Origin: Betaproteobacteria bacterium
GTDB lineage: Bacteria > Pseudomonadota > Gammaproteobacteria > Burkholderiales > Burkholderiaceae_C
Assembly: GCA_043750435.1 (NCBI GenBank)
Contig: JAYVBO010000274.1
Coordinates: forward strand, 1 to 33,996
Reading direction: 5' to 3'
DNA length: 33,996 bases
Made by a program: the position numbers and the translations under genes. Shown piece by piece: positions 1 to 7,637 of this stretch; within the stretch, counting starts at the first letter, position 1, and every line of letters begins with the position of its first letter. A model generated the notes under the pieces. It was given only the letters and a program-made list of their open reading frames with translations, was not told the DNA's origin and did not search any database.

Positions 1-80
1 CGGTCCAGCGTGTCTTCGGTGTAGCTGGCCTTGATTTCCAGATCGGTCAGGCGGGCGTCGGTGTCGTGGGGCGTGTTCAT
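1..80 (-). CDS. slyX: SlyX family protein, 5' part (runs off the left edge)
   Basis: Manual translation from ATG at 80 gives MNTPHDTDARLTDLEIKASYTEDTLD; RLxxLEIKxS(F/Y)xED is the SlyX N-terminal pattern. Too short for the ORF track. Confidence 0.8.
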   Translation of the reverse strand, partial: MNTPHDTDARLTDLEIKASYTEDTLD

Positions 81-190
81 GCGGCTATTGGACGCGAAGC
101 CGGCCGCCCAGGTTCGATCATCGGTATTTAGGGGTAGACGCTGGGTTATTTCTCAGCACGCCGGCCGCTACTTTCCGGCACGATCTATGG

Positions 191-1360
191 ATGACCAAAG
201 CCATGGACCGCATTCCCCTGGAAACAGTGCGTGACCTGCTGCGCCTGGGCGAGGCCTTGCCGTTTCGGGTGCTGGACTCGCAGGAGCGGCTGCTGCTGAA
301 TGCCGGCCACCGCCTGATTGATGAGGCGCAGTTCGAAGCCCTGATCGAACGCGGCGCCTGGGCCGAGCGTTTGCTGGTCGAGGCCGAGCGTGCCGCCCGG
401 GCTCTGGCTGCCGCTGGGCCTGCCGCGCCAGCGCCAGCGGTGCTGGTGGCCTCGCGGTTCGACCGCTGGGAGCGCTTGTTGTGGCAGTTCGACAAGCTCA
501 GCCGCGGGCTGGCCCGCAGCGAGCTGCCGGGCCACTCGGTGCTGCCTTTCTGGAAGAGCCTGCAAGCCCTGGTGGACGTGGACCCCGACGTGGCCTTGTT
601 TTTCTGTCTGCGCCAGGACGACCGCCGCTTCGCGCTTTACGCCCAGCACCACGCCATCCACTGCGCCGTGCTTACCCAGCTGGCCGCCCGCTTGCTGGGC
701 TGGCCGGCCGCGCGGCAAGACAGCCTGGGCTGCGCGGCCTTGACGATGAACTTGGCGATGTTGGAGCTGCAGGCGCTGATGGCCGAACAGAACGACCCGC
801 CGACCAAGCGCCAGCTGGAGCGCATCCGGGCCCACCCTGAGGCCGCCGTGGCGCTGCTGCGCGCTGCCGGCATCACCGACACCGAATGGCTGAGCACCGT
901 GCTGCAGCACCACGAGCAGCACAAAGGCGGCGGCTACCCGCACAACCTGGCTGAAGTCAGCGACGCCGCACAGCTGCTGCGTGCGGCCGATGTCTACATG
1001 GCCAAGGTCAGCCCGCGCGCCCTGCGTCCGGCCATGGCGCCGATGTTGGCCATGCGCCAGCTGTTCCAGCAAAACCCCGGCGACCCGCTGGCCATGGCCA
1101 TGATCAAGAGCGTGGGCATCCACCCGCCGGGCACGCTGGTGCTGCTGCAGTCGGGTGAAGTGGGGGTGGTCATCCGTCGGCCAGCCACCGGCACCCAGCC
1201 CACGGTGGCCACGCTCAGCGACAAGCAGGGCCGCCCGGTGGCCGATACCCAGCGCCGTGACACGGCCGAAGCGGGCTACGGCATACAGGGCCCGCTGGCG
1301 GACACCAAGCTCTTCCCACGGGTGTTGCCCGACCGCGTCTACGGCTGGATAGCGGCTTAG
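191..1360 (+). CDS. HD-GYP-like domain protein with a degenerate HD dyad
   Basis: 389-aa ORF (alternative start ATG 203) with HHEQHKGGGYP, IRAHP, AADVY and a C-terminal GIHPPGTLVLLQSGEVGVV segment typical of HD-GYP proteins; the expected xxLHDxG position reads AALTMNLA. Confidence 0.85.
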   Translation: MTKAMDRIPLETVRDLLRLGEALPFRVLDSQERLLLNAGHRLIDEAQFEALIERGAWAERLLVEAERAARALAAAGPAAPAPAVLVASRFDRWERLLWQFDKLSRGLARSELPGHSVLPFWKSLQALVDVDPDVALFFCLRQDDRRFALYAQHHAIHCAVLTQLAARLLGWPAARQDSLGCAALTMNLAMLELQALMAEQNDPPTKRQLERIRAHPEAAVALLRAAGITDTEWLSTVLQHHEQHKGGGYPHNLAEVSDAAQLLRAADVYMAKVSPRALRPAMAPMLAMRQLFQQNPGDPLAMAMIKSVGIHPPGTLVLLQSGEVGVVIRRPATGTQPTVATLSDKQGRPVADTQRRDTAEAGYGIQGPLADTKLFPRVLPDRVYGWIAA

Positions 1361-1518
1361 GCACGCAGGTCGGCCGGCTGCGGCGTCGGCCGCCGTACGG
1401 CCAGCCCCGTGGCCAGGCGCGTGGACGGAAAGGGCCGGCCCATGGCTTCGAAGCGGCGCTGGGCGCGGACCAGCATGGCGGCGAAGGTCAGCGGCTTGTT
1501 GGTGCTGGGGTTCGACAT
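1357..1518 (-). CDS. Hypothetical 53-aa basic small protein
   Basis: ATG at 1518 preceded by CAGGAGG-CCGTC (strong Shine-Dalgarno, 5-nt spacing); MSNPSTNKPLTFAAMLVRAQRRFEAMGRPFPSTRLATGLAVRRPTPQPADLRA; fills an otherwise empty gap and its stop overlaps the HD-GYP stop. Confidence 0.6.
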   Translation of the reverse strand: MSNPSTNKPLTFAAMLVRAQRRFEAMGRPFPSTRLATGLAVRRPTPQPADLRA

Positions 1519-1541
1519 GACGGCCTCCTGGGGTTTTGGGT

Positions 1542-1563
1542 TCGCCAGCCTCTGGGCTGGCGA
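1542..1563. promoter_or_regulatory. Perfect 9-bp hairpin upstream of the small ORF
   Basis: TCGCCAGCC-TCTG-GGCTGGCGA; no U-tract immediately adjacent; function not determinable. Confidence 0.4.
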
Positions 1564-1650
1564 TGTAGCCCAATGTAGGCATACGCCTAGACCCCGTCTT
1601 TGAACTAAGTCCGGGCGGCGCAGTGATTTATTCACGGGCGCCGGCCGACT

Positions 1651-2613
1651 TCAAGCCCTGATCAGGCTTTTGCGCAGCATGCCGTGCACGCCCTTGTTGC
1701 CGTTCACGGTCTGCGTGATGCGGAAGTCCACCGCCAGGCTGCACAGCGTGTAGGCGTCTTCGCGGCTGAGCCCGCCGTGCTCGCCCAGCAGCGCAATCAT
1801 GTCGCGCAAGGCCATCGCAAGGCACTGGTCCAGGTCGGGGTCCATGCCCATGGTGATCCAGTGGGCGGGCGTTTCGCCGCGCGGGTAGGCCAGCGGCTGC
1901 CGCAAGCCCGCAGCCTTGTGCAGCACGAGCTCGAAGGTGCCCAGCAGCGCGGTTTCGATGGCCGTGGTGCAGACCTCGCCGTCGCCTTGCGCGGCGTGGC
2001 CATCACCACAGGAAAACAGCCCGCCCGGCGCGTGCACCGGCAGGTACAGCGAGGTGCCCGGCCCGAGTTCCTTGTTGTCGATGTTGCCGCCGTGGGCGCG
2101 CGGCTGGATGGTGCTGATGCGCCCCCAGTGCGCCGGTGGCGCCACGCCCATCACGCCGAAGAAAGGGTGCAGCGGCAGGTCCAGCCCCCAGGGCAATTTC
2201 GCCACCATGCGCTCGGCGTCCAGCGGGATGTTCAGGTGGCGGTAGGCGTCGAACTCGGCCGGCAGCGTGCCGGCCAGCGGGCGTATCACGTTGTAGCCCC
2301 AGTCCTGGCGCAACTGCACGTCGACGATGCGCACTTCCAGCGTGTCGCCGGGCATCGCGCCTTCCACCGCCACGGGCCCGGTGAGGATGTGCCCCGGCGC
2401 CAGCATGGGGCTGCGCGCGTGGATGTCCAGCAGCTCGGGCGGCACGTGAAAGCCGGCCGGCGGCAACACCGCCGCGCCGCCGCTGACGGTGGCGATGGTG
2501 AAGCGCTGGCCGCTGGCCACCGTCAGCACCGGCGGCAGGGCGGCATCGAAGGCGCCCCAGTGGCAGGTTTCGACGCTGGCGGGCAGGTGGTGCATGCGGG
2601 GCAGGGTGGTCAT
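1651..2613 (-). CDS. Acetamidase/formamidase family protein
   Basis: Likely start ATG 2613 (MTTLPRMHHL, 320 aa); motifs GHILTGPVAVEGAMPGD, HGGNIDNKEL, GDGHAAQGDGEVC, AIE of the FmdA/AmdA family. Confidence 0.9.
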   Translation of the reverse strand: MTTLPRMHHLPASVETCHWGAFDAALPPVLTVASGQRFTIATVSGGAAVLPPAGFHVPPELLDIHARSPMLAPGHILTGPVAVEGAMPGDTLEVRIVDVQLRQDWGYNVIRPLAGTLPAEFDAYRHLNIPLDAERMVAKLPWGLDLPLHPFFGVMGVAPPAHWGRISTIQPRAHGGNIDNKELGPGTSLYLPVHAPGGLFSCGDGHAAQGDGEVCTTAIETALLGTFELVLHKAAGLRQPLAYPRGETPAHWITMGMDPDLDQCLAMALRDMIALLGEHGGLSREDAYTLCSLAVDFRITQTVNGNKGVHGMLRKSLIRA

Positions 2614-2733
2614 GGCGGGGTGCTTGGGTTGCGGGCTTGCGCATGATGGCGCAGCGCCAAGGCCAACGCTTGCCCGAAGCAATCGGCGCCGGCGCCAGTC
2701 TGGCTGCCAGCCGCCTCGCTATCCTCAGGCCCC

Positions 2734-3429
2734 ATGCGACTGCTGCTTGTCGAAGACGACCGGATGATTGGCGAAGGCCTGCGCGCCGCGCTGCGCCAGG
2801 ACGGCCATGCCGTGGACTGGGTGCGCGACGTGGCGGCCGCGCGCGCCACGCTGGCCAGTGAGCGTTTCGACCTGGTGCTGCTGGACCTGGGGCTGCCCAG
2901 CGGCGGCCCGGCAGCCGGCGCCAGCTTGGGTCACGAGCCCGCAGGAGGCCTGAGCGTGCTGCGCGAACTGCGCGCCCGCGCCGACGCCACGCCGGTCATC
3001 GTGCTGACCGCCCGCGACGCCGCCGGCGACCGCGTGCAGGGCCTGGACAGCGGCGCCGACGACTACCTCGTCAAGCCCTTCGAAGTCGAAGAGTTGAAAG
3101 CCCGCATCCGCGCCGTGTCGCGCCGCCACGGTGGCCGCGCCGAGCCGGCCCTGCAGCACCAGGGCGTGACGCTGGACCCCAGCAGCAAGCAGGTCACGCG
3201 CGACGGCGTGCCCGTGCTGCTGTCGGCCCGTGAATTCGCCGTGCTGGAAGCGCTGATGCAACGGCCCGGCGCGGTGTTGTCGCGCGCCCAACTGGAAGAC
3301 CGGCTCTACGGCTGGGGCGAAGAAGTCGAGAGCAACGCGGTGTCGGTCTACGTCCACCAATTGCGCCGCAAGTTGGGTGCTGAGTTCATCGGCAATATGC
3401 GCGGCGTGGGCTACTTCCTCGTCCAGTGA
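2734..3429 (+). CDS. OmpR-family response regulator, QseB/PmrA-like
   Basis: MRLLLVEDD, phosphoacceptor D51 in LLDLGLP, LTARD, GADDYLVKPF, and winged-helix SNAVSVYVHQLRRKLG...RGVGY. Confidence 0.95.
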   Translation: MRLLLVEDDRMIGEGLRAALRQDGHAVDWVRDVAAARATLASERFDLVLLDLGLPSGGPAAGASLGHEPAGGLSVLRELRARADATPVIVLTARDAAGDRVQGLDSGADDYLVKPFEVEELKARIRAVSRRHGGRAEPALQHQGVTLDPSSKQVTRDGVPVLLSAREFAVLEALMQRPGAVLSRAQLEDRLYGWGEEVESNAVSVYVHQLRRKLGAEFIGNMRGVGYFLVQ

Positions 3430-4787
3430 ATTCCATCCGCATCCGTCTGCTGGCTTTGCTGCTGGGCATGTTGGCCGTGGCCGCATTGGCCATGGCCGGC
3501 GTGACCTACCGCAACGTGCTGGCGCAGACCGAAGCGCTGTTCGACTACCAGTTGCGCCAGATGGCGCTTTCGCTGCGCGACCAGGGCGAAATTGCGCCCG
3601 ACCAGGCCAGCGCGCTGGCCGACAAAGAGCTGGACTTCGTCGTGCAGATCTGGAGCGCCGACGGCCGCGCCATTTATGCCTCACGTGCGCACGACCAGCT
3701 GCCGGCCAGCGCTTACCTGGGTCTGGCCGACGTGACCGTGGGCGACAAGGCTTGGCGCACCTTCAGCGTGGCCACCGGGCGGCGGGTGATCCAGGTGGCG
3801 CAGCCGCGCCAGATACGCCAACGGCTGGCTGCTGATGCGGCGCTCCACAGCATCCAGCCGCTGCTGGTAGTGGCGCCCGCCTTGGCCTTGCTGATGTGGT
3901 GGCTGGCCACGCTGACGCTGCGCCCGCTGCAGCAGGTGGCGCAGGCCGTGCGGGACCGCGACACGCAGTCGTTGGCGCCCCTGCCCGGAGAAGGCCTGCC
4001 CGACGAATTGGCGCCCTTGGTGCAGGCGCTGAACGGCCTGCTGCAGCGCCTGGGGCAGACGCTGGACGTGCAGCGCGCTTTCGTGGCCGACGCCGCGCAT
4101 GAATTGCGTTCGCCGCTGACGGCGCTGAAGCTGCAATTGCAACTGCTGCACCACTCGCCTGACGACGCTGCGCGCAACGCCGCCACGCAGGCGCTGGGCG
4201 AGGGCATCACACGGGCGGCCTGGTTGGTGGAACAGCTGCTGGCCCTGGCGCGCAACGAACCGGGTGCGCCGGCCTTGCCTTTCGCGGCGGCGGACCTGGC
4301 CGAGATCGCCCGTCGCGCGCTGGCCGACACCGTGCCGCAGGCCTTGACGCATGGCAGCGAACTGGAACTGCAGGCCGACGCGCCGGTGCCACTGCAAGGT
4401 GATGCGGCTTCCTTGCTGGTGCTGGTGCGCAACCTGGTGGACAACGCAGTGCGCCACTCGCCGCCGGGCACGGCGGTGCAGGTGCGGGTGGACAGCAGCG
4501 CGCAGGGCGCGGAACTGGTGGTGGACGACGCCGGCCCCGGCATACCGCCCGAAGAACGCGAGCGCGTCTTCGACCGCTTCTACCGCCGCAACCCGGCGGC
4601 CACTGAGGGCAGCGGCCTGGGCCTGGCCATCGTGCGCACGGTGGCCACGCGGCACGGTGCCACGGTGACGCTGGGCGTGGCGCCGCTGGGCGGGCTGCGA
4701 GTCAGCGTGCGCTTCCCGAACCGCACGCCGAACGGCGACCCGACCGGCCCATCACTCGGCCCACCAGGCGGCCCGGCCACGGCTTAA
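3426..4787 (+). CDS. Sensor histidine kinase, QseC/PmrB-like
   Basis: GTGA overlap with the regulator; two hydrophobic segments, HAMP-like linker, H-box [11 protein letters not shown]-box [10 protein letters not shown]1 DDAGPGI, F-box FDRFYR, G2 GSGLGLAIV. Confidence 0.95.
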   Translation: MNSIRIRLLALLLGMLAVAALAMAGVTYRNVLAQTEALFDYQLRQMALSLRDQGEIAPDQASALADKELDFVVQIWSADGRAIYASRAHDQLPASAYLGLADVTVGDKAWRTFSVATGRRVIQVAQPRQIRQRLAADAALHSIQPLLVVAPALALLMWWLATLTLRPLQQVAQAVRDRDTQSLAPLPGEGLPDELAPLVQALNGLLQRLGQTLDVQRAFVADAAHELRSPLTALKLQLQLLHHSPDDAARNAATQALGEGITRAAWLVEQLLALARNEPGAPALPFAAADLAEIARRALADTVPQALTHGSELELQADAPVPLQGDAASLLVLVRNLVDNAVRHSPPGTAVQVRVDSSAQGAELVVDDAGPGIPPEERERVFDRFYRRNPAATEGSGLGLAIVRTVATRHGATVTLGVAPLGGLRVSVRFPNRTPNGDPTGPSLGPPGGPATA

Positions 4788-4837
4788 TCCTGGCCTCACT
4801 TTCGGCTCACGCTGGCCTCATTTCAGCGGCCTAGTCT
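4783..4837 (+). promoter_or_regulatory. Putative response-regulator binding array plus -10 element for the DegP-like gene
   Basis: Pentamers CTTAA (4783), CCTCA (4794), GCTCA (4805), CCTCA (4816) at exact 11-bp period, followed by TAGTCT at 4832-4837. Confidence 0.55.
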
Positions 4838-4891
4838 TCGTTGCATGCCATCACGGGGTTCCCCACCGGTGGCGCGTTTCCAGGAGCGACG

Positions 4892-6430
4892 ATGAACCGC
4901 ACGCAAATCACCCGTCTGAAGACTTTGACCGCTGCGCTGTTGGCCAGCGGCGTGCTGGCCGCCGGTGCGGCGCAGGCCTTCTCTTTGCCCGGCTGGCTGC
5001 AACCGGGTGGCGCCAAAGCCACCGCGGTGGCGCAGAACACCGCCGGCCCGATGGCCGCCCCGCCGGCCCCGGTGCCGCTGATCGCTGCGCAAGGTCAGGT
5101 GCCCGATTACCGCGCCATCTTCAAGCAGGCTGCGCCGGCGGTGGTGGGCATCACGGTAGAGGGCCTGCACCGCATGTCGGCCGAAGAGCAAGGTGCGCAG
5201 TCGGGCATCCCGCAGGGCCTGGAAAACGACCCCTTCTTCCAGTTCTTCCGGGGCATGCCCGGCCTGCAGAACCGCGGCACCCAGCGTGGCCAGCCGCAAC
5301 GGCCGTTTCGCGGCCAGGGCTCGGGCTTCATCATCAGCAGCGACGGCCTGATCCTGACCAACGCCCACGTGGTGCGCGAAGCCAAGGAAGTAACAGTCAA
5401 ACTGAGTGACCGCCGTGAGTTCAGCGCCAAGGTGCTGGGCACCGACGCCGCCACCGACATCGCCGTGCTGCGCATCGACGCCAAAGACCTGCCGGTGGTG
5501 CGCCTGGGCGACAGCCGCCGCATCGAGGTGGGTGACCCGGTGATGGCCATCGGCTCGCCCTACGGTTTCGAGCAGACCGCCACCAGCGGCATCGTCAGCG
5601 CCAAGGGCCGTTCACTGCCGAATGACGCGGTGGTGCCTTTCATCCAGACCGACGCGGCCGTCAACCCCGGCAATTCGGGCGGCCCGTTGTTCGACGCCAG
5701 CGGCGCGGTGGTCGGCGTGAACTCGCAGATTTACTCGCAAAGCGGCGGCTTCCAGGGCCTGAGCTTCGCCATCCCTATCGACGTAGCGCTGAAGGTGAAG
5801 AGCCAGATCGTGGCCACCGGCAAGGCCACCCACGCCCGCTTGGGCGTGACGGTGCAGGACGTGAACCAGACGCTGGCCGAGTCCTTCGGGATGAAGAAGC
5901 CGGGTGGTGCGCTGATCGCGAATGTCAGCAAGGACAGCGCAGCCGCTGCCGCCGGTTTGAAGGCTGGCGACGTGGTGCTGGAAGTCAACGGTGAGGCCAT
6001 CGAACGCTCGGGCATGTTGTCCAGCCTGATCGGGCTGGCGGCGCCCGGCGAGAAGGTCAAGCTGAAGGTCTGGCGCGACAAGGCGGCGCGCGATGTCGAG
6101 GTCAAGCTGGGCAGTGCCGACAACAAGCTGGCGCTGGCCGAAGACGAAGGCAGCGGCGTGCAAGGTGGCGCACTGGGCTTGGCGCTGCGCCCGCTGACGC
6201 GCAACGAACGCCAGCAGTCGCAGATCGAAGGCGGGCTGGTGGTGGAAGGCGTCAGCGGCCCGGCGGCGCGCGCCGGTGTGGCGGCCGGCGACGTGCTGCT
6301 GGCCATCAACGGCCAGCCGGTGCAAAGCGCCGAGCAGGTGCGCGACGTGATGAAGGGCAAGCCCAAGAACATCGCCCTGCTGGTGCAACGCAACGGCGAA
6401 ACCCTTTTCGTGCCGCTGAAGCTGGGTTGA
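4892..6430 (+). CDS. DegP/Do (HtrA/MucD-type) periplasmic serine protease with two PDZ domains
   Basis: ATG 4892 after AGGAG; signal peptide ending AQA; catalytic triad motifs TNAHVV, TDIAVL, GNSGGPL; two PDZ-like repeats (AGLKAGDVVLEVNG, AGVAAGDVLLAING). Confidence 0.95.
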   Translation: MNRTQITRLKTLTAALLASGVLAAGAAQAFSLPGWLQPGGAKATAVAQNTAGPMAAPPAPVPLIAAQGQVPDYRAIFKQAAPAVVGITVEGLHRMSAEEQGAQSGIPQGLENDPFFQFFRGMPGLQNRGTQRGQPQRPFRGQGSGFIISSDGLILTNAHVVREAKEVTVKLSDRREFSAKVLGTDAATDIAVLRIDAKDLPVVRLGDSRRIEVGDPVMAIGSPYGFEQTATSGIVSAKGRSLPNDAVVPFIQTDAAVNPGNSGGPLFDASGAVVGVNSQIYSQSGGFQGLSFAIPIDVALKVKSQIVATGKATHARLGVTVQDVNQTLAESFGMKKPGGALIANVSKDSAAAAAGLKAGDVVLEVNGEAIERSGMLSSLIGLAAPGEKVKLKVWRDKAARDVEVKLGSADNKLALAEDEGSGVQGGALGLALRPLTRNERQQSQIEGGLVVEGVSGPAARAGVAAGDVLLAINGQPVQSAEQVRDVMKGKPKNIALLVQRNGETLFVPLKLG

Positions 6431-6494
6431 AGCTGGGGCTTTTCGGCGCGGTGCACAGCCGGCTGTGTGGGGGTGAAGTCCTGGGTCTACTGGG

Positions 6495-6549
6495 GCTCGG
6501 CGGGCGGTTTTCGTGAGTGCGGCGGCAGCACAATCACGGCCCGCCGAGC
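6495..6549. other. Long GC-rich stem-loop in the convergent intergenic region (possible terminator or REP-like element)
   Basis: GCTCGGCGGGC (6495-6505) pairs with GCCCGCCGAGC (6539-6549); inner CGTGA/TCACG and GTGC/GCAC extend the stem. Confidence 0.45.
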
Positions 6550-6720
6550 ACACGGCGGTGACCCCACCATCCCAATACTGTGCATCGGCGACTGCTGATG
6601 AGACCCACTGTCGTCTCGCAAGGCCGCAAGATGGCGGTGCAGTTCAGGCTGGACACGGCCGGCGATGTGCAAACCGCCAGCATGGGCAGCCCCGCCACCT
6701 GGGCTGAGGCACAGCCCCAG

Positions 6721-7521
6721 TCAAAGCCCCAACACGGCTTTGGCCCGGTTCAGGTTGGCGATGCGTTCGTCCAGGTGGGTGTGCGGGCCGTCGGCCAAGC
6801 CGTTGATGCGCTTGGTCACGGCCTTCACGTCGTCCTGGTCTGCGTAGGGCCCCAGACCTCGGTCTTTCCAGAACCAACAGGCGGCGTCCACCGCGATCAG
6901 CGGGTCGGTCGCCAGCAGCTCGGGCTGGGCCAGATAGTCCACGCCGGTGTAGGCGCTGAAGGCCGTGTAGTTGGCGCGGCCCGTCAACTGGATCAGCCCA
7001 CGGCCCTTGTAGCGCACGCCGTCGCCTTTGCGGCTGTTGCCCAGGTCTTTGCGGCCCTCGTAGGCCGCGCCGCTGGCCAGTTCTTCGGTGTACAGAAAGT
7101 TGCCCGATTCCAGGCCGATCTGCGCCAGGAAGTGGGCCATCTGCAGCGGGCTGGTGATGCCGTAGGCCGTCATGCCCTGCACCAGCGGGTCGTAGAAGGT
7201 GGCGATGCGTTTTTCCAGCGCCAGCGGCAGCACCACCGCCAGTTTTTCTTCAGAGGGGCCTGCCGGCAGGCCCAGCAACATCGCTTTGATGGTGGCGTCA
7301 CCAGGCGCCACGATGCCGTCGGATTCGGCCAAGCCCATCACCACCGTTTCAAAGGCCACGATGGCCTGGATGGTGTTCGGGCCGATGCGCCCGTCGGTGG
7401 ACAGTTCAGCCGGTTTGGGGTCGGGGAACTGCGGGATGTTCAGGTTGAACAGGATCTGGAAGACGGCCACGTCGGCCAGGTCGTTACGCGCGCCGCGCCC
7501 GACGCTGAAGGCTATGCACAT
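6721..7521 (-). CDS. Glycoside hydrolase family 19 protein (endolysin/chitinase-like) with N-terminal peptidoglycan-binding-like domain
   Basis: ATG after CAGGAG; AHFLAQIGLESG, YEGRKDLGN, GDGVRYKGRGLIQLTGRANY, ACWFW and TKRING are GH19 motifs; the N-terminus has DGRIGPNT...DGIVAPG, resembling PG-binding domains. Confidence 0.9.
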   Translation of the reverse strand: MCIAFSVGRGARNDLADVAVFQILFNLNIPQFPDPKPAELSTDGRIGPNTIQAIVAFETVVMGLAESDGIVAPGDATIKAMLLGLPAGPSEEKLAVVLPLALEKRIATFYDPLVQGMTAYGITSPLQMAHFLAQIGLESGNFLYTEELASGAAYEGRKDLGNSRKGDGVRYKGRGLIQLTGRANYTAFSAYTGVDYLAQPELLATDPLIAVDAACWFWKDRGLGPYADQDDVKAVTKRINGLADGPHTHLDERIANLNRAKAVLGL

Positions 7522-7598
7522 ATCGGCTCCTGGGTTGACTCCGACGGTGGAGTGCGGCGCACGCTAGCCAGGACCTCGTGCGCGGTCAATCCCGCAGG

Positions 7599-7625
7599 CT
7601 GAACCGCCTGAACCGCCTGAACCGT
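7599..7625. repeat. 9-bp tandem repeat, 3 copies
   Basis: CTGAACCGC CTGAACCGC CTGAACCGT, flanked by the inverted pair CCCGCAG (7591-7597) / CTGCGGG (7631-7637). Confidence 0.8.
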
Positions 7626-7637
7626 CCGGGCTGCGGG

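Noticed and set aside
1651-2613. Acetamidase/formamidase as part of the furan pathway (e.g. a furamide hydrolase)
   Set aside because: It is separated from the operon by 5 kb of unrelated genes and shares no visible regulatory motif.
6595-6625. CTGATGA followed by a hairpin, resembling a hammerhead ribozyme core or the 3' part of a fluoride riboswitch
   Set aside because: The stem is followed by TCGCAA, not the required GAAA; no convincing stems I/III; the fluoride 5' GGxGATGG element is absent and there is no downstream sense gene.
6660-6705. GCAGCCCCGCCAC, resembling part of a cobalamin riboswitch
   Set aside because: The other conserved elements (AGGGAA, B12 box) are missing and it lies between two 3' ends.
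7599-7625. CRISPR-like repeat
   Set aside because: 9-bp units with no spacers and no cas genes.
6721-7637. Prophage remnant around the GH19 gene
   Set aside because: No integrase, holin, spanin, structural gene, tRNA or att-like repeat is visible.
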